Shown in pieces: positions 47,424-55,898 of a stretch of 64,000 nt of DNA. Position numbers and translations under genes: made by a program. Origin of the DNA: Acutalibacteraceae bacterium (GTDB lineage: Bacteria > Bacillota > Clostridia > Oscillospirales > Ruminococcaceae); contig CAVFVI010000002.1 of assembly GCA_963626055.1 (NCBI GenBank), positions 67,225 through 131,224 on the forward strand, given 5' to 3'. Under the pieces are notes generated by a model that was not told the DNA's origin, made no database searches, and saw nothing but the letters and a program-made list of their open reading frames with translations. Position 1 is the first letter of the stretch; the number at the start of each line of letters is the position of its first letter.

Positions 47424-48914
47424 TTATACTTTGTGGTACTTGCGGCCGGTTTCCTCGTAAACGGGATCACAGGTCAGGTTCATGCCAAGCTTTTTCAGGG
47501 TATCGGCATCCACGCTGGACAGGATAACGGTGGAATGGATATCACAGCCTTTGAGCATGGGCAGCTGGTGCATGGCGGCAGCTGCGGCGGCGTTTTCGGT
47601 AACCGAGCTGGAAAGCGCGATGAGAATTTCATCCGTGTGCAGGCGGGGGTTGCGGCTGCCGAGATACTGGGTTTTCAGGGTCTGGATCGGCTCGATCGCA
47701 TGGGCAGAAACTAGATCCAATTCCTGATCGATCCCGGCAAGGCGTTTGAGCGCATTGAGCAGCGCGGAAGCGGCAGCGCCCAGCAGCGGGCCGGTTTTGC
47801 CGGTCACAATGGTGCCATCCGGCAGCTCGATCGCCGCAGCGGGACGGCCACCGGTCTTATCGGAACAGGCATGGGCCTGCTGTTCCACGGCGCGCATACC
47901 AACGCTGACGCCCGCCTGGTTCAGCAGCAGTTCCAGCTTGTAGCGGTCGTCCTTGACGATGCCGCCGGTTTTCTGGTCGCACAGGCACTTGAAGTAGCGG
48001 CGGATGATTTCCTTGCGGGAAGCCTCCTGGCAGACTTCATCGTCAATGATGCAGTTGCCTGCCATGTTCACGCCCATATCGGTGGGCGAATGGTAGGGGC
48101 TTTTTCCCGCAATCAGCTCAAACATGGCGTTGACAACGGGGAAAATTTCGATATCACGGTTATAGTTGACCGCCGTTTTGCCGTATGCTTCCAGGTGGAA
48201 CGGGTCAATCATGTTGACATCGTTCAAGTCGGCGGTAGCGGCTTCGTACGCAAGGTTGACCGGGTGCTTGAGGGGGATGTTCCAGATGGGGAACGTTTCA
48301 AATTTGGCGTAACCTGCCTTGATGCCGCGCTTGTATTCATGGTACAGCTGGGACAGGCAGACGGCCATTTTGCCGCTTCCGGGGCCGGGTGCCGTGATAA
48401 CGACCAGCGGGCGCTCGGTTTCGATGTAATCATTTTTGCCGTAACCGTCATCGCTCACAATGCGGGCCACATCGTTGGGGTAGCCCGCGATTTTGTAATG
48501 GCGGAAGGTACGGATGTTCAGCTCATTCAGGCGGCGCTCAAAAGCTTCCACTTCCGGCGCGGCGGTATACATGGTGATGCACACGCTGCCAACAAACAGA
48601 CCCATGCCCTGGAACGCATCGATCAGGCGCAGAACGTCCTGGTCATAGGTGATGCCGTAATCGCCGCGCATTTTGTTGCTGATGATATCCTCGGCGCTGA
48701 TGACGACCACGATCTCGGCCTGATCTTTCAGCTGCAGCAGCATTTGCAGCTTGGAATCCGGCTGGAAGCCCGGCAGCACGCGGGAAGCATGGTAGTCATC
48801 AAACAGCTTGCCGCCAAATTCCAGGTAGAGCTTGTTATCAAACTGGCTGATGCGCTCCCGGATATGGGCAGACTGCATGGCCAGGTACTTATTGTTATCA
48901 AATCCTATTTTCAT
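47424..48914 (-). CDS. DUF1846 (UPF0371) family protein
   Basis: MKIGFDNNKYL..QS..I.ERI..F.NKLYLEFGGKLFDDYHASRVLPGF N-terminus. 496 aa. Confidence 0.7.
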   Translation of the reverse strand: MKIGFDNNKYLAMQSAHIRERISQFDNKLYLEFGGKLFDDYHASRVLPGFQPDSKLQMLLQLKDQAEIVVVISAEDIISNKMRGDYGITYDQDVLRLIDAFQGMGLFVGSVCITMYTAAPEVEAFERRLNELNIRTFRHYKIAGYPNDVARIVSDDGYGKNDYIETERPLVVITAPGPGSGKMAVCLSQLYHEYKRGIKAGYAKFETFPIWNIPLKHPVNLAYEAATADLNDVNMIDPFHLEAYGKTAVNYNRDIEIFPVVNAMFELIAGKSPYHSPTDMGVNMAGNCIIDDEVCQEASRKEIIRRYFKCLCDQKTGGIVKDDRYKLELLLNQAGVSVGMRAVEQQAHACSDKTGGRPAAAIELPDGTIVTGKTGPLLGAAASALLNALKRLAGIDQELDLVSAHAIEPIQTLKTQYLGSRNPRLHTDEILIALSSSVTENAAAAAAMHQLPMLKGCDIHSTVILSSVDADTLKKLGMNLTCDPVYEETGRKYHKV

Positions 48915-49231
48915 CCGTATCCCTTTTCCCTGCTGTTTGGGCGCATGGCACAGCACGGTGCAGTGCCGCACGCCGGAACATGATTTTTTCCAACACGAGT
49001 ATTAGTATAGCATAACCTGCGGGCGGGTGCAATCTTGCCGGGGCGGTTCGCATTAAATTTACTAGCATGCACAAAAATGTGGTGGTGCAGGGGGCTGTTT
49101 TTTGCCTTGGCCATTTTATGGGAGGGGGGATTTCAATTATTTCCCATCCTGTCTTTTTCCGCCGTCAGGTGCCCATACTAAGGGCGGAACCAACTGCTGT
49201 TGCTGAATGCAAAAGAACGGGAGGATGCAGA

Positions 49232-50011
49232 ATGAATACCAGCAAAGTGGAAATATGCGGTGTGAACACGGCCATGCTGCCAGTGCTGAACGAGGAACAG
49301 AAAACCCAGCTGCTGCTTGCCGCCAAAGCCGGGAACAGCGAAGCACGCGCCCAGATGATACAGGGCAACCTGCGCCTTGTGTTGAGCGTGGTGCAGAAAT
49401 TTGCGGGCCGGGGCGAAAACCTGGACGACCTGTTCCAGGTGGGGTGCATTGGGCTGATCAAAGCAATCGACAATTTTGACCCCGGCTTGAACGTGCGGTT
49501 TTCTACCTATGGTGTACCGATGATTCTAGGGGAGATCCGGCGCTTTTTGCGGGATAACACCCCCATGCGGGTCAGCCGGTCAGTGCGGGACCTGGCCTAT
49601 CACGCCATGCAGGCGCGGGAAGCCCTGCAAAAAGAAACCGGGCGCGAGCCCCGCGTGAGCGAAATTGCCGCCCGCGTGGGCAGCGCCCCGGAGCAGGTTG
49701 CCATGGCGCTGGAATCCATTGTGGAACCGGCCAGTTTGTATGAACCGGCCTATACCGATGGGGATGACACCCTGGCCATTATGGACCGCGTGCAGGAAGC
49801 GAGCTGTGAGGAAAGCTGGATCAGCGATATCATGTTCAAGGATACCGTGCAGGCCCTGACCCCGCGGGAGCGGCGCATCATTGCTTTGCGGTATTTATCC
49901 GGCCAGACGCAGATGCAGGTGGCGCAGGCAATCGGCATCAGCCAGGCGCAGGTCAGCCGGTTGGAAAAATGCGCGCTGAACCACATCAAAGAACAAATCT
50001 CCTGCCGGTAA
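49232..50011 (+). CDS. sigG: sporulation sigma factor SigG
   Basis: Near-collinear with B. subtilis SigG as I remember it: KVEICGV..LPVL, GNLRLVLSVVQKF, DDLFQVGCIGLIKAIDNFD, FSTYGVPMILGEIRRFLRDN, GISQAQVSRLEK. ATG at 49232 follows GGGAGGA. Confidence 0.85.
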   Translation: MNTSKVEICGVNTAMLPVLNEEQKTQLLLAAKAGNSEARAQMIQGNLRLVLSVVQKFAGRGENLDDLFQVGCIGLIKAIDNFDPGLNVRFSTYGVPMILGEIRRFLRDNTPMRVSRSVRDLAYHAMQAREALQKETGREPRVSEIAARVGSAPEQVAMALESIVEPASLYEPAYTDGDDTLAIMDRVQEASCEESWISDIMFKDTVQALTPRERRIIALRYLSGQTQMQVAQAIGISQAQVSRLEKCALNHIKEQISCR

Positions 50012-50066
50012 AAACTGTACCGGGTGCACCACCCCCGGCCGCGGCGCATACCATGGAGCAAGGGGG

Positions 50067-50633
50067 ATGGTAATGATGGAGCAAGCATTTTGGCTGATTT
50101 TGTTTTTGGCAGTTGTGGGCATTGCGGCGCTGATTGCCGCCGCGATGATGTGGCAGAAAGAGAACACCCAGCAGCCCAGCACGCCCACCGGGCAGCGCAG
50201 TTACCAGGAGGAATATTCGGCACCGGATTTTACCGAAAGTGCGGGGTTTGCCGTAACGGCGTACCCCTCCACGGATATCCTGATTCCGGGGCGTTTCTGG
50301 CTCATCAACCGCAAAACGGCGGAGATTGAATACAATGTGATCCCTGCCGGGGGTGTTCGGCTGCGGGTTGCCCAGACCGGGCAGCTGGATGTGCCGGATA
50401 ACTACCTGACTTATCAATACGAAAGCGTGACCACTGTGCTGATTGACAGCACAGAAGTCACGCTGAGCCAGAACCCCGGCCGGAACGCCATGGCGAGCTG
50501 GACGCGGAACGAATTTGATTACCTTTTGTTATGTGAGGAACCGCAGATGAATCTGTTGGGCGGGGTGATCCAGGATTTTGTGACCCAGACGACCGCCAGC
50601 ACTGTATCCGGGCAGCGGGTCACGCAGGAATAG
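50067..50633 (+). CDS. hypothetical membrane-anchored protein (DUF4367-like C-terminal domain?)
   Basis: One N-terminal TM helix, a Gln/Pro-rich linker and a ~120-aa domain ending in ...ASWTRNEFDYLLLCEEP... Starts 55 nt after the sigG stop. Confidence 0.45.
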   Translation: MVMMEQAFWLILFLAVVGIAALIAAAMMWQKENTQQPSTPTGQRSYQEEYSAPDFTESAGFAVTAYPSTDILIPGRFWLINRKTAEIEYNVIPAGGVRLRVAQTGQLDVPDNYLTYQYESVTTVLIDSTEVTLSQNPGRNAMASWTRNEFDYLLLCEEPQMNLLGGVIQDFVTQTTASTVSGQRVTQE

Positions 50634-50648
50634 CTGGGATGTATCGAA

Positions 50649-51362
50649 TCAGACCAAAGATTCGATCTGTTGGCGCAAGCGCTTGATGATGCGCTTTTCC
50701 AACCGGGATATATAACTTTGAGAAATCCCGATGGAATCCGCAACTTCCTTTTGGGTGTGCTCTACCCCATCGCGCAGGCCGAAGCGCAGCTCCATAATTT
50801 GCCGCTCCCGCGGGTTCAATGCCTGAACGGCGGCAAGCAGGGCGCTGCGCTCGGCATTGCGCTCCAGCTCTTCCCCAACCTGGGCCTGGTCGCTGGTCAG
50901 CACATCCATCAGCAGCAGTTCGTTGCCGTCGGAATCAGTGTTCAGGGGTTCATCAATGCTGGCATCCTGCCTGCGGTTGGAGCTTTTGCGCAGGTACATC
51001 AAAATTTCGTTTTCAATGCAGCGGCTGGCATAGGTGGCAAGTTTGATGTTTTTGCCCGGTTCAAAGGTGTTTACCGCTTTAATTAAGCCAATCGTGCCGA
51101 TCGAGATCATATCCTCCACCCCGGCGGTGGAGGATTCAAATTTTTTGGCAATGTAAACGACCAGGCGCAGGTTATGTGTAATCAAGGCATCCCGCGCCGC
51201 CCCTTCGCCCGCAGCAAGGCCGCACAATGCCTGCTGCTCTTCCTGCGGGGTCAGCGGCGGGGGCAGTGTGTCCGGGCCATTGATGTAGTGCAGGTCCGGC
51301 ATGGCACCAAACAGTAACACAAAATTTCCAATACGGCGGCAAAGCGTGTGCAGCGGCTGCAT
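50649..51362 (-). CDS. sigE: sporulation sigma factor SigE (pro-sigma-E)
   Basis: Pro-sequence followed by [75 protein letters not shown]. Lies downstream of spoIIGA. ATG at 51362 follows GGAGGGG. Confidence 0.85.
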   Translation of the reverse strand: MQPLHTLCRRIGNFVLLFGAMPDLHYINGPDTLPPPLTPQEEQQALCGLAAGEGAARDALITHNLRLVVYIAKKFESSTAGVEDMISIGTIGLIKAVNTFEPGKNIKLATYASRCIENEILMYLRKSSNRRQDASIDEPLNTDSDGNELLLMDVLTSDQAQVGEELERNAERSALLAAVQALNPRERQIMELRFGLRDGVEHTQKEVADSIGISQSYISRLEKRIIKRLRQQIESLV

Positions 51363-51602
51363 AAATGTTCCCCTCCTTTGAGATGTGGGTGGAAGTGTAA
51401 AATGCAATGAAGGCATTGGCGGGTGGTTTGTGCTTACCTAAAGATGTAACGCGCGGTGGGAGCTGTGGCTATGCGTTTGCAATCGTTGTTTCACTAAATA
51501 AATATTTAGCGAACGTGTATGTGCGTTTCATCCTGTTCTTCAACGATAAGGGCATCGCATAAAAGTATCGCTGACGGTAATTTGTGCAAGCCTGCTGCAT
51601 GG

Positions 51603-52442
51603 TTACAGAAAGTCCGGGCCATACAAAGCTTCATATTCGCCGGACTGGAACGGCTGCGGGCAAAACGCAACGGCGGTGCGGCCAAGGCTTTGCATCCCCG
51701 TTTCGGTGATGGTGCTGATATCTGCCACCGCAAACCCCGGCAGCAGCGCGTGCTGCGCGGCGGTGTTGCAGGGTATCACCCGCAGGCTGGCACCGGCAGG
51801 CGGGGTGCTGGGGTGCAGGCCCTGGAACCACTGCCCCAAAAAGGCATTGACTGCCCCCGGCAGGCGGCCTTTTGCCGCTGGCCAGCTGATAAGCAGCACC
51901 GGCAGGCAGGTGATGGGGTCTTTCAGGTGGCAGCCGGTATCCAGCATGGCGCGCAGCCGCACGGGGGTGCCGCACAGTTCAAACTCGATTCCAATCGTCC
52001 GGGTGGTCTGCGGTGTGCTGCCCGAAACGTGCAGTACCAGCCACACCGCACCGCAGCTTGCCGCGGAAAGCAGCAGCAGCACGACCGGCGAGATGCGCAG
52101 GTAGACCGTAAGATTTGCCGTTTGCAGCAGCGGTGTGCCCGTGCGCAGGATAACGGCGATGCAAAGCCCTGCCAGCAGAATGTTAAGCGCGGCATACCAG
52201 CACACGGCGGTGACAAAGCGCCGCAGCCCCTGCAGCCCAAAGGCAACGCCCACCACAGCGCAGGCGGTCAATACCTTATACAGAATTTGGGCGGGGTACG
52301 AAAGTTCCGGCGCGAACAAGATCAGCGCACTGAGCGCGGCAATGCCGCTGGCGCACACCATGCGGGAAAACGCGGCGTGCTGGCTGCTGAGCAGCCCGGC
52401 GGCCTGCAGCAAAAAGTAAGCCGCCAGAAAGTTGACCAGCAA
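51603..52442 (-). CDS. spoIIGA: sigma-E processing peptidase SpoIIGA (5' end uncertain, may extend to about 52472)
   Basis: Five-TM N-terminal half and a C-terminal aspartic protease motif LDTG. Position upstream of sigE. The TTG start at 52442 removes the conserved N-terminal IYLDV segment. Confidence 0.7.
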   Translation of the reverse strand: MLVNFLAAYFLLQAAGLLSSQHAAFSRMVCASGIAALSALILFAPELSYPAQILYKVLTACAVVGVAFGLQGLRRFVTAVCWYAALNILLAGLCIAVILRTGTPLLQTANLTVYLRISPVVLLLLSAASCGAVWLVLHVSGSTPQTTRTIGIEFELCGTPVRLRAMLDTGCHLKDPITCLPVLLISWPAAKGRLPGAVNAFLGQWFQGLHPSTPPAGASLRVIPCNTAAQHALLPGFAVADISTITETGMQSLGRTAVAFCPQPFQSGEYEALYGPDFL

Positions 52443-52590
52443 AAGAACGTCCAGATAAATGACCGTTTTGATAGCAGGCTTCTCCCCTTTTGCGGCCGGG
52501 CGGCAGTTTTGGCGGCTTTGGGGGCCGCTTGTTCAGTGTATGCCAATGGCAAAGAGAAAATGCGGGAAAACTGCGAAAGGCGAACGGGCA

Positions 52591-52626
52591 TAAAAAAATC
52601 CACCCATGGCAAACAGCCACAGGCGG
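52591..52626 (-). terminator. intrinsic terminator after the orphan radical SAM gene
   Basis: Interrupted hairpin CCGCC-TGGC/GCCA-GGTGG on the minus RNA, followed by AUUUUUUUAUG. Confidence 0.55.
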
Positions 52627-52644
52627 ATAAAATCAGTGATTCAA

Positions 52645-54111
52645 TTATTCCTGATGAGCGGAGCATGCGGCGCAGCTGGCGCAGGATGCACAGCTGTTAG
52701 CGCTTTCCGGGTTTTCGGGGTCAACGTAACCGGGGTGCTTTTCGGCCCACAGGCGGTCAGCGGTGGGCATCCAGCTGGTTGCGTAGGGACGGCAGCGGCG
52801 GAAAACATCCTCCGGGGATTCCGGCTGCTGCATATCGGTGCTGTGGGCACCGCTGCGGCGGACCATATCGCCCAGGATCTGGGGGTTCTCCAGCATCGGG
52901 CAGGGACGCAGGTGGTTGCCGTTGAAGGGCTGGCCCTTGTGATATTCCTTGAACAGAGGCTGCTGCAGGCATTCCAGCAGGCTCTTATCATGGATGTTGG
53001 CACCAGAGTAATGGATGAAGACGCAGGGCTCCACATCACCGTTGGGGTTGATGTGGGCATACTGGCGGCCGCCGGCAATGCAGCCATCAATGTACTCACC
53101 GTCGTTCTGGAAGTCAATGCAGAAGATCTGCTTGCCGCCGGTAAAGCCGCGGATCTCGCGCACACGCTGGATCATGTATTCGCGCTGTTCGGGGTTCAGC
53201 ATCAGGTCAACGTTGGCACCATCGCCGATGGGCATATAGTGGAAGTACCAGTTGAAGCGCACGCCGTGGCTGATGAGCATATCCATGAACTCATCGCTGG
53301 TAACAGCCTTGTAGTTGGCGGAAGTGTAGCAGATGGAGGTACCGAACAGCAGGCCGTGCTTCTTCATGATGTCCATAGCGTTCATAACGCGCTGGAACAC
53401 GCCTTCGCCGCGGCGGTTGTCGGTGGCATCGTCCAGGCCCTCAACGGACAGGAAGAACGCCATGTTGCCGACTTTCTTGACTTCCTCGCAGAAAGCATCG
53501 TCGATCAGGGTGCCATTGGTGAACAGGTGGAACACGGAACTCTGGTGCTTGGCGGCCAGCTTGAGCAGGTCGTTCTTGCGGCACATCGGCTCGCCGCCGG
53601 TGCACATATACCAGTGGATGCCCAGTTCTTCGCCCTCGGTAACCAGCTTGTCCATTTCCTCATAGGTCAGGTTCAGGCGGTTGCCGTACTCGGCTGCCCA
53701 GCAGCCCTTGCAGTGCAGGTTGCAGGCGGAGGTGGGGTCAAACAGCAGGATCCACGGCATGTTGCAGTCGTACTTTTCGCGCAGCTCACAAACATAGTTG
53801 TAACCGGCAAACATGCCCTCGTACACCAGGTTCAGGGCGTTCATCTTCAGCACATGGGGGTCGATTTCATTGATGGCGCGGTATGCATACTGCATCCACT
53901 TGCCGTTGGGGTCGCTGACAAACTTGCGGGCGGCATCAAAGGCAGAAGCCGGGTAACGGTCTTTCAGCAGGGGCTCGGCCATGTTGACCAGCTTGACAGC
54001 ATTTTCGGACAGCTTTTCGGTTCCCTTGCCGCGCACGGCGTTGATGGCAACATCAATGGCAGCGCTGAAAGCAGCGCGCTGTGCGGCGTGAACAACTTTA
54101 TTCATCGGCAT
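52645..54111 (-). CDS. radical SAM protein with SPASM/twitch-like C-terminal Cys region, function unknown
   Basis: CX3CX2C at residues 130-137 (SACNLHCKGC), GGEP motif, later GCIAGG..Y.HINPNGDVEPCVF, and C-terminal CASCASCAAC. Confidence 0.75.
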   Translation of the reverse strand: MPMNKVVHAAQRAAFSAAIDVAINAVRGKGTEKLSENAVKLVNMAEPLLKDRYPASAFDAARKFVSDPNGKWMQYAYRAINEIDPHVLKMNALNLVYEGMFAGYNYVCELREKYDCNMPWILLFDPTSACNLHCKGCWAAEYGNRLNLTYEEMDKLVTEGEELGIHWYMCTGGEPMCRKNDLLKLAAKHQSSVFHLFTNGTLIDDAFCEEVKKVGNMAFFLSVEGLDDATDNRRGEGVFQRVMNAMDIMKKHGLLFGTSICYTSANYKAVTSDEFMDMLISHGVRFNWYFHYMPIGDGANVDLMLNPEQREYMIQRVREIRGFTGGKQIFCIDFQNDGEYIDGCIAGGRQYAHINPNGDVEPCVFIHYSGANIHDKSLLECLQQPLFKEYHKGQPFNGNHLRPCPMLENPQILGDMVRRSGAHSTDMQQPESPEDVFRRCRPYATSWMPTADRLWAEKHPGYVDPENPESANSCASCASCAACSAHQE

Positions 54112-54280
54112 AACAAAACTCTCTCCTTTTCAAAACGGTACGCCCGCCATTGCTCTGCAAGCAAAGCGTACCCGGCAGCGGCAGGGCTTTTTGCACAAGC
54201 CCTGGGAACCAGCCGTTTTTTCGGTTCCTGGTTTGCTGTGCAGCCCTGCTTGAACAGGGCTGCACGGCTTTTCTTGCTAT
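54112..54280 (-). promoter_or_regulatory. multi-hairpin 5' leader of the radical SAM gene ending in a terminator-like hairpin
   Basis: Hairpins at 54238-54265, 54205-54228, 54182-54204 and 54137-54172, then GUUUUG and SD GGAGAG. See the findings. Confidence 0.4.
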
Positions 54281-54407
54281 GGTGACATTGTATCGCATTG
54301 TTCGGCATTTTGTACATAGGCAAAAAAAGACTTTTGTTCAATTATAATAGGCTATCCCGGCCCCGATGTTTGACGATATGCCCCGCTTTGTTCAAAAAAT
54401 GCGTTAT

Positions 54408-54451
54408 AAAACACAAAAAGGCGCTGCGCCCAATTTTGAGGGCACAGCGCC
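54408..54451 (-). terminator. intrinsic terminator after the aminopeptidase gene
   Basis: 12-bp stem (one G-U pair on the minus RNA) at 54420-54451, followed by UUUUUGUGUUUUAU. Confidence 0.8.
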
Positions 54452-54481
54452 GGGGTGATATGGATCGATTTGATTTAAGCG

Positions 54482-55873
54482 TTACTCAGCATCCGCGCAG
54501 AAAGCCTGGAAGGTGCGGTAAGCCATGTAAACATCGGCCTTGGAAACGACCTCGAACGGAGAGTGCATAGCCAGAACGGGCACACCGATATCGATGGTAT
54601 CAATATCGCGGTTGGCCACATACTTGGCAATGGTGCCGCCGCCGCCAAGGTCCAGGCGGCCCATTTCGCCGATCTGCCACACCACGCCGTTCTTGTTCAT
54701 CAGGCGGGTCAGGTAGCTGACCAGTTCGGCGTTGGCATCGCTGGTAGAGCTCTTTCCGCCTGCGCCGGTGTATTTGTAAATGGCAACGCCGCGGCCCGCA
54801 TAGGTGCCGTTATCCGGCTCAAATGCTTCGGAGAAGCTGGGGTCATAAGCAGCGGTAACATCGGCAGACAGACACTTGGAAGCCTGGAACGCGGCGATGG
54901 AATCCACGCCGGTGGCGGCGCAGAGCTGCTGCAGGAAGTGGTAAGCATACATGCTGTTCATGCCGGTCACACCGTCAGAGCCGACTTCCTCTTTATCGGT
55001 CAGGATGCAGACGGTGGTATGGGCCGGGTGCTGTACCTCAATTTCAGCCATCAGGGCCGGGTAAGCGTCCACACGGTCATCATGGCCGTAAGCGCCGATC
55101 ATGGAGCGGTCCAGGCCGACATCGCGGGCCTTGAATGCGGGTACGACCTCGATTTCAGCGGTGACAAAATCACGCTCGGTAATACCGTACATCTCGTTCA
55201 GCAGGCCGAGGATGCTCAGCTTGATGCGCTTTTCGGCGTCAGCATCCGCAATGGGCAGGGAGCCCAGCACAACGTTCAGGTTTTCGGCAGTGATGGCATC
55301 GGGCAGCTTTTTCTGGTTCTGCTCGCGGCCCAGGTGCGGCAGCAGGTCGGTGATGGTAAAGACGGGATCTTCATCATTTTCGCCGATGGTGATGGTAACG
55401 GTGGTGCCATCCTCACGGCAGACAACACCGTGCAATGCCAGTGGGATGGTGGGCCACTGATACTTGCGGATACCGCCGTAATAGTGGGTGCGGAAATAGG
55501 CCAGGCCGTCTTTTTCAAACAGCGGCACCGGGCGCAGGTCCAGGCGCGGAGAGTCGATATGGGCAATGTTCAGGTGGAAGCCCTCGGCCATGCTGCGCTC
55601 GCCGATGGTAGCGGCCAGCACGCACTTGTTGCGGTTGATGAGGTAAACCTTATCCCCTGCGTTCAGGGCCATGCCGGGCACAAAAAGCTTGTAGCCTGCC
55701 TGCTTGAGCAGTTGCTCGCTGTAAGCGGCGGCTTCGCGCTCGGTTTTGGCAGCGTTCAGGAAAGCCTTGTAACCTTCGCAGAAAGCATTGGCTTCTGCAA
55801 TGGCATCAGGCTGCTGGTCAGCGACTGTCTTGTTCTTATACAACAGTTCTTTCAGTTCCTGTGTTGTTTTCAT
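54482..55873 (-). CDS. M18 family aminopeptidase
   Basis: NIAHIDSPRLDL, GAYGHDDRV and AMHSPFE motifs. Trimmed to the ATG at 55873. Confidence 0.8.
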   Translation of the reverse strand: MKTTQELKELLYKNKTVADQQPDAIAEANAFCEGYKAFLNAAKTEREAAAYSEQLLKQAGYKLFVPGMALNAGDKVYLINRNKCVLAATIGERSMAEGFHLNIAHIDSPRLDLRPVPLFEKDGLAYFRTHYYGGIRKYQWPTIPLALHGVVCREDGTTVTITIGENDEDPVFTITDLLPHLGREQNQKKLPDAITAENLNVVLGSLPIADADAEKRIKLSILGLLNEMYGITERDFVTAEIEVVPAFKARDVGLDRSMIGAYGHDDRVDAYPALMAEIEVQHPAHTTVCILTDKEEVGSDGVTGMNSMYAYHFLQQLCAATGVDSIAAFQASKCLSADVTAAYDPSFSEAFEPDNGTYAGRGVAIYKYTGAGGKSSTSDANAELVSYLTRLMNKNGVVWQIGEMGRLDLGGGGTIAKYVANRDIDTIDIGVPVLAMHSPFEVVSKADVYMAYRTFQAFCADAE

Positions 55874-55898
55874 GATGGTATCCTTTCTTCTTACAAAT

